Assembly (NCBI GenBank): GCA_033442325.1
Contig: JAWQFM010000011.1
Span: 455,131-519,130 of the forward strand
Direction of reading: 5' to 3'
DNA: 64,000 nucleotides
Source: Salpingoeca rosetta
Lineage: Eukaryota; Protista; Choanoflagellata
The notes beneath the pieces were generated by a model. The model did not search any database, was not told the origin of the DNA, and saw only the letters and a list, made by a program, of their open reading frames with translations. Below, in pieces: positions 31,481-55,286 of the stretch (position 1 is its first letter; each line of letters starts with the position of its first letter). Made by a program: the position numbers and the translations under genes.

Positions 31481-34400
31481 ACGCGCATGCAGGACTGTGG
31501 GTACATGGGCATCAACCAGCAACAATGCGAGGCCAAGGGCTGCTGCTGGCAGCCAGATGGACAAGGTTCATCCACCCCATGGTGCTTCTACAAGGGCTCG
31601 GGCCCACCACCGCCACCACCTCCGCCACCACCTCCACCACCACCACCAGGCCAGGCCCCGTTCTCCAAGTCCGAGGTTGAGAAGATGCGCGGCTACTTCC
31701 TGAAGAACATCGACATCCAAGGCTCCGGCGGTGTCGTCGCCAGCCCAGACCCCAACACGCCAGGCGGCAGCTACTACTATCACTGGGCCCGCGATGGTGC
31801 GCTCACCATGCATGCCTTCCAGGTCAGCCCTCTCCCTCACCTTGTGTCAAGTGTGCTATATGTAAGTGTGAGTTGCGAGGGCGAGCACGCGCAACCCAAT
31901 TGTAAAACCTGTGCTAATTGAGCCCTGTCAACATATCCATGCAGATCACATCCTCTTCTGCCAGCGACTACGACACGCAGATGCAGCATTACACGAAATG
32001 GGTTGTTGCTCGGTGCGTTCCGCTGCACACGATCGTCCCCACCTCCTGCACACGAGCAATGCTTTATGGCCCCTCTTCTCACACACACGCAAACACACAT
32101 CGACAACTCACGCCTGCTTGTTCACTTGCGCACGTGCCCCCTTCCCCCCCCCACATCGAACTGCAGCCACGCTGAGTCTGACCCCAACAACATCGACGTG
32201 CGCATCGAGCCCAAGTTTGAGCTGCCATCTGGCACACCATACACCGGTATGGAATGCACGAAACACGAGGCATGCGTTGCTACCCTGTCACCCAGTGCCC
32301 TCGCCTGCACACACCGCCTACACATTGCCCATCAAATACACACTGCACTCATACACACTGCCCACTGATGCCGCCTCACCCTTCTCCCTGTCAACACGAT
32401 GACACAGGCGGCTGGTGCCGTCCGCAGACGGATGCCCCTGGGCTCCGCGCCATCACCCTCATCGCATATGCCAACGACCTGATCCAGCGTGGCCAGAAGG
32501 ACTTTGTGATGCAGTACCTGTGGACCGGCGACTCATCCTCGTACTACGGCGGCGCCATCAAGGTGAGCACCAGCTGACGGGCAATGTTCACGTTACTCAC
32601 TGCTTCCACAGCCTGCCACCATGGCCGCACATGTCTGTGACTGCTGCTGCCCCCCCCCTCCGTGTACACATATACACCGGCTCTCAACACACAAACAAGG
32701 CAATGTACAACTCGCCAACCAACCAGCCAAACTTCTCATGTACGCGTCCTTATCTCCAAACTACCACCACGACCGCCACAACCAGCACGACCTTGACTGG
32801 ATCGCCAACAATTGGGAGCAGAACTCCTGCGACCTGTGGGAGGAAGTCCAGTCCAACGACTTCTTCTGGAACCGCTACACCATGCGCAAGGCCCTCACAA
32901 ACGGTACACACACACACAACTCTGCTTGCGCGCGCGAGATGTGTCGTGTTTGTGGGTGCGTTGTTGCGGTTTTCCGTGCATATGTGGGTGCGTGTGTGCA
33001 TACGCATGCTTGCTTTCGTATCACCACGAAAACCACCAACTAGCTCTATCGCACAACACTCACCCCGAATCCCAAATCCCGACCCCCCTCCCCACACCAG
33101 GCGTTGCCTTTGCCCAGGCCATGGGCGACTCGCAGTCCAGCCAGGCGTACGGCCGCGTGCTCGCCAGCCTGAGCCCCACCCTCCAGCGCCACTACAACGG
33201 GCAGGTGTGTGTATGTGTGTGTGTGTCTTGTCGTTTCATCGTGTTGTCGTGCCGCTCTGTTTGCGTCTCAACATTCGAGCTGAATGCACCTTCACCCTGT
33301 GCACCGGACGTGCTCGCATGTGGTTGCACACAAATCGCTGCTTACTCACACATGGTTTGTTCTTACCTGGCACTGACGTTACCGCCGCAAACCGCACGCA
33401 CGTGCAGTTTGTGTTTGAGGCGGACAACAGGCAGCAGGATGCTGCGGTCATCTGCGCATTCAACGATGGCAACCTGAACGATGGCGTGTTCGCCCCCAAC
33501 AGGTGTGTTACGCACGAGTGTGAACTTGCACACTGCGCCATCACGCATCGCGCCTGCTTTACTTGTCGATCCCTCCAATCCTTCGTTGCTCTGCCAGCCC
33601 CCCCCATCTGCGTTCTCCTCCTCACATACCCTCCACCCCCTCCCACTTCTTCTCTCGACAACCACATCCTCTCACCCTCTCCACTACCTTTTTTTTGTTT
33701 GGTTCACGTGGCAGTGCCGAGGTTGCAGGCACCATCTCCACCCTCAACTCGCTCTTCTCCTCGTCGTTCCCCATCAACCAGAAGGACGACGCTGCCGGCG
33801 TTCCCGGCATCCTCTACGGCCGTTACAGCGGCGATCAGTACGCAGGTGCGTGCGGCTGCATGCCTTGGCCTCCTCTTTGCTGGTTGCGTGTTGGTATGTG
33901 TGTTGGTGTGACGGTGTTTGGTCGTCACCTTGCCAGCACGCCACCATCTTTGATTTTCCGCATCTCTGGTGCCCCCCCCCTCACATTCATGCATCATGCA
34001 CTTTCCATGCGCGTGTGTACACGGCAGGCGGCAACCCATGGGTCCTGACGAGCGGGTGTCTGGCTGAGGTCCTCTATCGCGCTGCCAACAGCACCGCCGC
34101 CACGCGCCGCATGCCGACTGCAGAAGCCACGGAGCACTTCAAGGCCATTGCCGCACAGCTCAACCCAGCTGCTGTCGCTGCAGAGAACCTGGACATGGAC
34201 ACGCCAGCCGGGCTCGCCCGCGCCCTCGTGCTGAGCGGTGACGGTGTGCTGAACCGCATCCGTGCACACACCATCAACAACGACCTGCACCAGCCCGAGC
34301 AGCTCGACAAGAACACGGGCGCCGAGGCCAGCGCCACAGACCTCACGTGGTCGTATGCAACCATCCTCAAGGCCATGGCTGTCCGTGACACCATCACCTC

Positions 34401-34629
34401 CGCTGCGTCCACGCTTACGTCTGGCTTTGTCAACGCACGCCTCGTTGTTGGCACGGCTGACCTTGCTGCTGCACGCGACGCGGCACCTGCCGCCACCCAA
34501 CGCGGCCTGCCTTCGTGGGTTGCCCCTGTCGGTGCCGTTGGTGCTGCGTGCGCCATTGTTGCCGCCGTGGGTGTCGTCATCACGTACAGGCGCAACCGCC
34601 AGCGTGCTGCCTACGCCCCCATTGCCTGA
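31168..34629 (+). CDS. GH15 glucoamylase with signal peptide, trefoil (P-type) domain, poly-Pro linker and C-terminal TM helix; 10 exons
   Basis: Signal MARAVLLATTVVAVVLGVLTAQCAA; six-Cys trefoil C-QVPDPSKKD-CGYMGINQQQCEAKGCCW...PWCFY; GH15 motifs VVASP, YYYHWARDGAL, EPKF, WCRPQTDAPGLRA, DLWEE (acid), GRYSGDQYAGGNPW, PEQLDKNTG (base), SATDLTWSYA; TM VGAVGAACAIVAAVGVVITY followed by RRNRQR; stop 34629. Confidence 0.93.
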
Positions 34630-34900
34630 GCACACAAAGTTGCACGGGGGCTGACGCTTTGTTTCTTTCTCCATGATGTTGTTTCCATGCTGCTTCACAC
34701 TTGCTTTGCTTGCATGGATGTGCTGCTTTCTTGCGTGCTTTCTTTTGTATGTGTCAATTGGTTGCTTGTGTGCTTGCTTATGTATGTCATGTCACACCAC
34801 GCCACGCGTCGGTGACTGTGCGCGTTCGTGGTTGGATGCTGGGTGTACTGTCATGTGTGCGATATGAGATTTTCAGGCTTGGCTTTGTCTGTGGACGTCA

Positions 34901-34944
<44 letters not shown>

Positions 34945-35212
34945 GTGTCTCTGTTGACCCTTCATTCGTGCTGATCCCTTCTCGTGTGATGGTGATGCTT
35001 CGTTTATGTTGGGTTATCCAACACCCTTGAGTACAATCACTGCCCCGGAACACTCAAGCAACTGTTTGTCATTTGCATGAAAAGCTGCTTGTGCTGATGA
35101 CATCCGATGTGACAGCCACCCCCCCCCCACACAAACAGACACACCCACCCACCCACACACATGTTTCACAACACTACCAGTAGCAGCAGTGGCTGCACAA
35201 TGCTGTCAGCCA

Positions 35213-36479
35213 CTACAGCAGAATCGCGGGAACAAGCTCGCCCTTGCTGATGACGGTTGTGGCGTCTGTTGCGGGCGGAAGTGCGAGGAGACACTGGGCA
35301 GAGCGCATGCTCAGGAGCCGACTGCTGCACTGCGACCCGGTCGACGTGGCAACAGCAACACCATCTTCACCATTGAAGGGGGTTGGGTTGTTGTTGTTGT
35401 TGTCGTTATTGTTGTTGTTGTTGTGGGTGGTGGTTGGCAGGTGCAGCACAGGCGTGAGAACAGTGAATCACACGTGGTGAAGCAGAGCCACACAGCACAC
35501 AGACAGACACAGACACCCACACCCACCCACATGCACGCAGACATGAAAGGGCGAACCTGGAGCGGTGTATGACAGGGTGGCGCGATGAAACTCAGGGCGG
35601 GCGTCGAAGTGTAGGGCGGCGCTCGTTCGAACGTTGACGGTGGTGTGGTCCGGGGAGGGGTCGCCGGCGAGCAGACGTACGAGTGGGACGGCAAAGAGGT
35701 TGAATGCAACGAGACACGAGACGGGGTTGCCTTGGGAACAACATAGGCAGGACGACGCAAGATGACAACAAACGAGTAGGAGAGGGACAAAGGTGAGGAG
35801 AAAAGAAGAAGAAGGAGGAGGTGCAGGACAAGGCAAGCGCAGGGAGTGAGGAAAGCATGCAGGCTGAGGCAAGCGCACACACGTCATCACGCACACGCAC
35901 ACACACATGCAAGCACACATGTCATCACGCACACGCACACACACATGCAAGCACCCACATGCAACCACAAGTACCACAAATACAATCAGACAACCGACAC
36001 ACCTGGAAGACCAAAGAATGCGACGTGATGATCGTCGCCGTCCTGTTTGCGGTCGCTGCTGGCGGCAGCTGCGCGTGGAAGCGTGGCAAAGGTGGTGGGC
36101 TTGCCAGGCCGCATGAACACGCGCCCAAAGTGGATGGCGCCACCAAGGTCCGCAATGGTTCCCTTGATGAGATCCTTTTCGCCCATGGACACGCCCCCTG
36201 ATGTGATGATGACGTCACACTCACGCGTCATTGTCGCCAACGTGCTGCGCAGGGCTGTTTCTGTGTCTTTGACAATCCCAAAGTCCTTGACGCTCACGCC
36301 AGCACGAGATAACGCTGCCTCAAGCATTGTACGGTTGCTGCATTCGCAAAGGGGAGGGGAGCAAACGGAGGCGAGGAGTACGTGTGAATATCAGATTAAC
36401 GCGCAATTTAATCAAGTGCATGCGTGGCTCAGACAAACACACACACAGACACACAGCACAGACACACAGCACAGACACT

Positions 36480-36516
<37 letters not shown>

Positions 36517-38724
36517 CACACACACAGACACAGACACAGAGAGGCACACCCGCAGCGCCTACCTGTCTCTGACTTGGCCGTACTGGAGGCTTGGCGTCGT
36601 TGCATCGACAACCTCGTCACCCGTGGAGATGATACCAACTACTGGTGTGGCATTCACGCTGACAGACATACATCCAACGGTGGCGAGCAAACCCAGCTCT
36701 GCAGGGCCAATGGTATCGCCCGCCCGCAGCACCACCTCACCCGCGGCGATGTCAAAGCCCTGAACCGTGGTGCATGTGGGGGTGAGGACACAGAGGGAGG
36801 TGGCAACAGCAACAGCACCCGCGGAGCAGCAAAGATGCAGGCAGACACACAGAAGACAGACAGGCAGCGGCAGGTCCACAGACGGAGAGGCACATACGGA
36901 AAGCAGCACAGACACAGACACACAGCGGAACAGAGGCACAGGCAGAGAGGTGCATCCAGGCAGACAGCATTCTCACCACGGGGCGAATGTCCTGTCCTTG
37001 TGTGACGGCTGTGAGGACACGAATGGCGGCTTCTTCGCTCCCGTCCTCGGTCCTCTCCACAAGCTCCGTGTCCTCCACCTGGCATGTGTGAACGGAACAT
37101 GTGGGCGGAGGGAAGGGTGGGTGTCAGCGACTCTGTAAGCTGGTGGCGACACCAACACACAAAACGCGCACAGGCAAAGGTGTGTGCACGTCAAGCGCGC
37201 GCAGTCAAAGGTGACGCGCGCGCACGCACGCACACACACACACACACACACAGATACACACACATACACAGACAGAAGGACACACATTTCGCACAGAGGC
37301 ACGATGCAGCTTGCCTGGATGACCGCCTGCGTTCCCTTGGGAACAGGGGCGCCCGTGGTGACGCGAATTGCATGGCCGCGACGGAGCTGTGACGCCTCAG
37401 CTGTCGTGTCGCCGGCAGTGATGGGGCCGTCCACCTTCACCACGCCGGGGCAGTCGCCCACGCACACGGCGTACCCGTCCTGTACAACATCGGGCAGTGA
37501 GTTGTAAGCGCTCCATCCTCGTGGCATCACTGCAGCACACCCGAGCTTGCACACACACACACATACACAGACCCACAGACACACACACACAGACCCACAG
37601 ACAAAGACACAGACACAGACACCGACACATAGACAGACACAGGCGCAGACCCACAGACAGACATACAGACAGACACACACCTTGATGGAAGCTGGGAATC
37701 GCGGGTGTGGCTCAGAGGCGGTGACATCCTGTGCAAGGATACGGCCAAGGCAGTTCTGGATGGGCACTGTCTCGACGCGTGACTTGAAGTGCTGCAGCTG
37801 ACTGCGGCCAAATGCGCGGATCTTGGCGTGCGCTTCCTCCACCTTGAGCATTGGCCATGGCGACTTTCGGTCGCGGTCAGCGACTGTCCTGCCACCACTT
37901 GTCCCGTGCTCATGGTTCGGGTCGTGCTGGTTGTCGTGAGCATGGTGCTGGTGAGCGTGGTGGTGTTTGTGGGAGTGGTGGCCATGCTTGTGGTGACCAC
38001 CGTGTTTCTTGTGCGGGCAGCCGTGGTGGCTGTGTGTGTGGCTGTGTGTGTGGCTGTGTGTGTGGCCGTGGTGGCCGTGGCGGGCACCTCCCTGCTGCAT
38101 GGACTTGTGCACGGCCTCTGTGTGACTGCGGTGGTCAGCGATGCTGTCCAGGGCGTGGTCCAGCACAGGCTGAACAAACGTGAAGCACTCTCGGCATGCC
38201 TTCTCGCTTCCCGGAAACGTCAGCACAAGGGCACCAGTGGACGTGACGCCGCAGGTGAACCGCGACAAGGCCGCCATGGGCGTCGCCTCCAGTGACCGAG
38301 TGCTGAGCAAATGGTTCAGACCAGGCAGTGGCCGGGTGAGCAATGGTGCCACCGCCTCAGGTGTCACGTCCCTTGGGCTGCATCCAGTGCCACCTGCAGT
38401 GATGACCAGCCTGCTGACTGCATCTTCACCACCACCGGTGTTCGTGTCGTTCACACTCTGCGCACCATCGCTTGCAGCGCTGGCGTCGTTGTTGTCTGTC
38501 TTGGGATTGTTGCCCTCCTGCGTGATTGGCGATGCCAGAGCAGCTTGCGCCACGGCTTGTTGGATGGCCGCCACCTCATCTGGGACACACAGCCGCTCCA
38601 CGCGCACGGCCTCAGCGCCAAAGTGGTCCTTCACCAGCCCTGCCAGGGCCTTGCCAGCGGTGTCCGTCGCCTCCCCACGCGAGCACCGGTCGCTCACCGT
38701 CACCACGCACACCCTCAACGCCAT
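35213..38724 (-). CDS. GPHN: Gephyrin (MogA-like G domain + MoeA-like E domain), molybdenum cofactor biosynthesis
   Basis: MALRVCVVTVSDRCSRG, VPDE, GGTGCSPRDVTPEA, PGSEKACRECF; His-rich linker; RKSPWPM, GRILAQDV, PRFPASIK|DGYAV, RVTTGAPVP, VIQ|VEDTEL, GQDIRP, ISTGDE, IITSGGVSMGEKD, FGRVFMRPGKPTTFA, FGLP|GNPVS, RPEFHRA, STGSQCSSRLLSM; stop 35213. Confidence 0.95.
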
Positions 38725-39212
38725 TACGAGCGAGCGGAGCTCGAAGATGCACTGCCTTGTGTTGCTTGGTTGGTTCAGTGTGCTTGCTCCTGTGTCGTCC
38801 TTCGTCGCCTGTGTCGTCTTGCTTCTTGCTTGCTGCTGTCGTATGATTTCTGGAGGAGGAGCACCAACGCAACAAACGAAAAAACGGTGACACACACCCA
38901 ATACCACAGCAAGCAAAGGCAGCCGCTCACCCAGGAAGCAACAGCCGCTCGCAGTTATTCTCGCAGTCAAGGTACAGATGCCGACGCAGAGCACATGCTT
39001 CTGTGCTTGCTGGCTGGCTTGCTTGCTGGCTGGCTTGCTGGCTCGCTTGCTGGCTCGCTTGCTCGATAGCTTGCTGGCTCACTCATTCGCTCGATCGATT
39101 GCTTGCTTGCTTGCTTGCCCGTTGGTCGCTGCAACAGGGGAGAGACCACCCGTCCGCATCCGTCTGCATCGCTGCTCTATCCACACAGCATCAAGCACCA
39201 CACACCATCGTC
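38725..39212. promoter_or_regulatory. Divergent intergenic region (probable shared promoter) with (GCTT/GCTG/GCTC)n tetranucleotide tract
   Basis: Gephyrin ATG 38724 (-) and Rab ATG 39213 (+) are head to head; degenerate GCTN repeat at about 39005-39118. Confidence 0.45.
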
Positions 39213-40890
39213 ATGGCGGACGACCTGGAGCCTGATGGTCCATACAAGGTCATTGTCATCGGCGACGGCGCCGTCGGTACGTTCCACACAGACACAGACA
39301 GACACAGACACACAGACACACAGACACACAGACACACAGACACACATACACACAGACACGCAGACACACACACAGACAGACAGACAGACACACAGACACA
39401 CAGACACACAGACACACAGACACACACTTACACTCACACACAGACACACATACACACAGACACACAGACACAAACCGCGTTGTCTTCGCTGGCTGACTCA
39501 CGTGTTTGGATCCTTGGTTGTTGTGCGCAGGCAAGACATCGATCATTAGCCGCTACGCTCTCGGCACTTTCGACGAAGGATACAAGAAGACACTCGGCGG
39601 TTCGTGGCACTCCTGTGTGCCATTGTTGCATGTGGATGCTCCCCCCACAGCTTGGAGCTTGTGTGCCTTGCAGTGGCTCATGATTTCTGTATCGTGTGTA
39701 CGTGGATTTGTTGTTGCAGTGGACTTTGCGCTGAAGCTGGTGGAGCGAAAAGGGAAGCAAGACGTGTACTTGCAGCTGTGGGACATCGCAGGTAAGGCAA
39801 CCTGTGTGCGTGAGCTGCGAGTGTGTGCGAGCGTGTGTGTGTGTGTGCGTATGTTTGTGTGCGTGTGTGTGTTTGTGTGCGGCTGCGAGCGTGTGCGTAT
39901 GCTTGCGTATGTGTGAGTGTGTGCGTCTGCGTGTGCGTATGTGTGTGTGTGTGTGTGTGTGCGTGTGCGTGAGTGTGTGAGCTGCGTGTGTGTGTGAGTG
40001 ACATGTGCGACACGCCATGATCACGGGCGTCATCCACTCACATCTTGCTCCACGACTGATTGCATATGCGCGCGCGCGCGCGTGTGTGTGTGCGATTATG
40101 GGACAGGACAAGACCAGTTCTCCAGCTTGACCCGAGTGTACTTCCGTCACGCGTCTGCGTGTGTCACTGTGTTTGACCTCACAGCAAGGCAAACCTTTGA
40201 GAATGTGAAGAAGTGGATGGACGAGGTTGAGGCCAAGGTGAACACGTCAGAAACAGGGCCTGTACCAGCAATCTTGCTGGCAAACAAGGTGTGCGCGCGT
40301 GCTTGTCAATGCGTGTGCGTGGTGTGCATGGGTGTGCGTGGGTGTGCGTGGGTGTGTGTTTGTGTTTGTATGTGCGTGGGTGTGTGTTTGTGTGTGGCTG
40401 TCTTGTGTTGACCGTCACATGTTGTTCTTCCACGTTCTTTGTAACCTCTTGCGTTCTCTTCGTTTCGTGTGCCATCTGTTGTTGTCTGCCTCTGCGCGCC
40501 GCGCACTTGTGTTCTCGCAGTGCGATTTGAAACCCCACGAAGTCTCGGATGCAGAGATTGAGGAGATGAAGGAGCGATACAACTTTGTTGCCTGGTTCAA
40601 GACCTCAGCAAAGGATAACACCAACATCGACAAGGCCATGGCGTAAGACCCTCGCAACGGCAGTGCACCTGTGTATGCGTGTGTGTGTGTGCGTGTGTAT
40701 GTGTGTATATGTGTGTGTTCGTAGTTGTGCGTCTCTCTGGGAGGCTTTGCTTTACGTTCGCATCCCCTGACAAGGTACCCCATCCGTGAACAGAACGCTG
40801 GTGGACCACATCAAGCCAACAGAATTTGACGATCCCGAGCCGTTCCCAGAGCCGCCAAAGGACGACTCAAGATGTGCCGCTTGCTCGTAG
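39213..40890 (+). CDS. RAB32: Rab32/Rab38/Rab29-family small GTPase; 6 exons
   Basis: [12 protein letters not shown]|KTSII, TLG|[14 protein letters not shown]|Q (WDIAGQ is the Rab32-family signature), [16 protein letters not shown]|CDL, WFKTSAK; C-terminus ...SRCAACS* (prenylation cysteines). Which family member it is remains uncertain. Confidence 0.88.
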
Positions 40891-40912
40891 CAGCGTACCA
40901 CAAACACAAACA

Positions 40913-40993
<81 letters not shown>

Positions 40994-41333
40994 ACACGTC
41001 CTCGCATACGAGGCATTGTGATTGTTGTTTTGTTTCGCTCTGTTCCTTTTGCCCCCCTCCTTGTGTGTTCTCGCCTTCTGTCCCCTTTCTTGCCACATTG
41101 CGCCTACCTACTGCATGACGACTGAAGCATTGCACCACAACTCCTGCACCTTGTAGCCACCATTCCCACGTGCCGCTCAGGTATGTTACATAGAACCACT
41201 CTCTCGCTGAGTTTTGTACTTGTCGCTCAATAACAACACGCCATCAGCGTCAAACATACAGAGGGGGGGGGGGGGGAAACAGGAGGGGAAGAGGGGTTCA
41301 GCTACTGAAAGCAAAAAGAAACACAAGGCGAGG

Positions 41334-41388
<55 letters not shown>

Positions 41389-41476
41389 AACTCAATAGCG
41401 ACAGCAGCGGGCAAGCAAGGCGGAGTGGATGAGACAAAGATACACATGTACAAGGAGGAGCGGCGCGCCGGGCGTC

Positions 41477-45500
<4,024 letters not shown>

Positions 45501-45559
45501 CTTCGGCTACGAGGCGACAATCTGGGTACAAGCTTGTTCTACCGATGCAGATGACAGCA

Positions 45560-46061
45560 GTTGGCGCCAACACGCAGTGTGTAGAGTGTGTGAGCGAATG
45601 TGTGTTTGATTGTGTGAATGCGTGAGTGAATGTGTTGATGTGTGTGACTGCAAGTGTGAATGTGTGAGTGTGAGACTATCCCGTGCTGTTCCTGTTAGTG
45701 TCTCTCACACACACACAACACCAACACCGACACGGAAACACCACGACACTCACAAACTCACGTCAGACACAACACACACAACCACAACAACCACACACCA
45801 ACCAACCTTTCAGCTCAAATCAACGGCGGGGCGGAAACAGAAGAAGCAAAGCAGGCACGTTTGTGCTTGCTTGTTTGTGCGCCAAGTTTCCCGCCAAAAA
45901 ACTGCCACTACGATTAACAATGGAAGATTTACGCAAAACACTACAACAACGCAAAATCAAGTCAGTCTTGTTTTGAGCGAAACCTTGAAAGACCGTCAAC
46001 GCCACCTCGCGGACGACTTGAAGCTCTTCCACGGCAAATTTTTTCGCGCAGTGGCGTTGAC
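45560..46061. promoter_or_regulatory. Putative E2F-type sites upstream of RAD21
   Basis: Palindrome GTTGGCGCCAAC 45560-45571, GGCGGAAA 45830-45837, TTTCCCGCCAAAA 45887-45899 and TTTCGCGC 46042-46049 match or resemble TTTSSCGC. Confidence 0.4.
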
Positions 46062-46675
46062 CCTGACCACAGCGCAAAGGACAACCCACCAACCGACCAA
46101 CCATGCATCCGCACACATTCATTAGCGGCCTTCCTGCCTTTGACTGACCAGCTTCCTCTTCTGTGAGTGTCCTCGTCGTCGTTTGGTTCTTTGGCTGTCT
46201 TGCTGGCTTGCTGTGATGGATATTGGTGCGTGGTGACAGCAACAGCTGCTGCTGTTGTGAGCGCAGAGTGTTTCTTCTTGTTCTTGGGGGGAGCCTGGTC
46301 AAAAAGAGGGAAAAAAGGCAGCTGGGCTCGTGGGGTTGACCAAAAAAGCACTTCATCGATCCATCCATCCATCAATCCACAACAAGGCCAACCGCCTGCT
46401 GTCATATCTCACCACCACCACCACCAACGAACCAACAACCGTGGCCACCACACCTCGCACCTCTTTCAGGTGACGTTGGATCGCTCAAGTTTGCTCGTCA
46501 ACCAACAAAACAACCAACCACATTGCTGCACCACCAACAAAGGCGAACAAGGAGACGGGTATCTGCTGAACATACCACGAACATAGCCTCTGTACCACTC
46601 CCAGAGGAATACTACACTACACCTGGAGTGCCATCACCAACGAACCATCCATAACTGCAGCCACAGCAGCAACAA

Positions 46676-54143
<7,468 letters not shown>

Positions 54144-55079
54144 ATGGATGACGTGTTGTATTGCGTTTTTGTCTTGTCACCCTGCGCCGCTAATTGTGTA
54201 TGTATGCGAGAGCGCGTGGCGCAGCTTTCAATGATATTGCGTCTGTGTATGCCATGGTTGTGTTGTTTGCCGTCGGCTTCTCTCTTTTGTTGTTTGTGTA
54301 CATGCTTCCTTTCATCTCTGCGTGGGCTGCCCGTCAGATCATGTCATGTAATTGTACCCGCCATCCGTTTAAGGGCGCCCTGGTAGCCACAGTAAACACA
54401 CTGGGATTCATTCATTCAGAGCACGTTATGTGATGTACATAACATTCCATGACTGTGACTTCACATCACGTGCTTTTACTTGTTGGGGGATTGAACAAAA
54501 GTGACACGAGCGTGAAGAGTCACCAAGAGAGGTCAAGCAATGTACAGATGCAAGACAGCGGGAAAGACATGTCGCGGCAAGAGATAAGGGGGAGGGGGCG
54601 GGCGGAATGCACGCTGGTTTGTGAGGACTGTTGGTCGGTATGATTGTGCAGTCGCTTGCTCCGAGGGTGCTCCTCCTGCTGCGCCTTGTGGCGTAGTCTT
54701 GGGAGGTCACTGGCAGGAAGGGCACAGTGGATCACCGAAGACGGCCTTGCTCCATGTTTGCCTACGGATGAGGAAGTCATGTGCGCGGAGTGAGAAGAAA
54801 CGTCTGAGTCGGTGGATGAGGATGAGAAGAGGAAGGTGCAGCGAAGAGAAAAGCAAAAACAAGAAAGGAGAAGGATGATGTGCTGGTGATCGGTCAACAC
54901 TACGGCACTGGAAATTGAGCCGCCAGCATTGGTTTTAACGCCAACAAGGGATGTTCAGTCCCTTCCACACGCTGGTGTGGTTTAATGTTGGCAGCGGGAA
55001 CGGAGGTCATGAAAGCACTGAACAGCTTCGCCTCAGTCGTGAGCTGCCCACGAAGAGAGTCAAAAAAAAAAGACATGAG

Positions 55080-55286
<207 letters not shown>

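Noticed and set aside
35213-38724. Bacterial mogA-moeA horizontal transfer
   Set aside because: It is a spliced, fused G-E gene with eukaryotic gephyrin-type motifs.
38725-38994. 90-aa N-terminal extension of gephyrin in the ORF track
   Set aside because: Similarity begins at MALRVCVVTVSD (ATG 38724); the upstream part has no in-frame ATG and is probably UTR or promoter.
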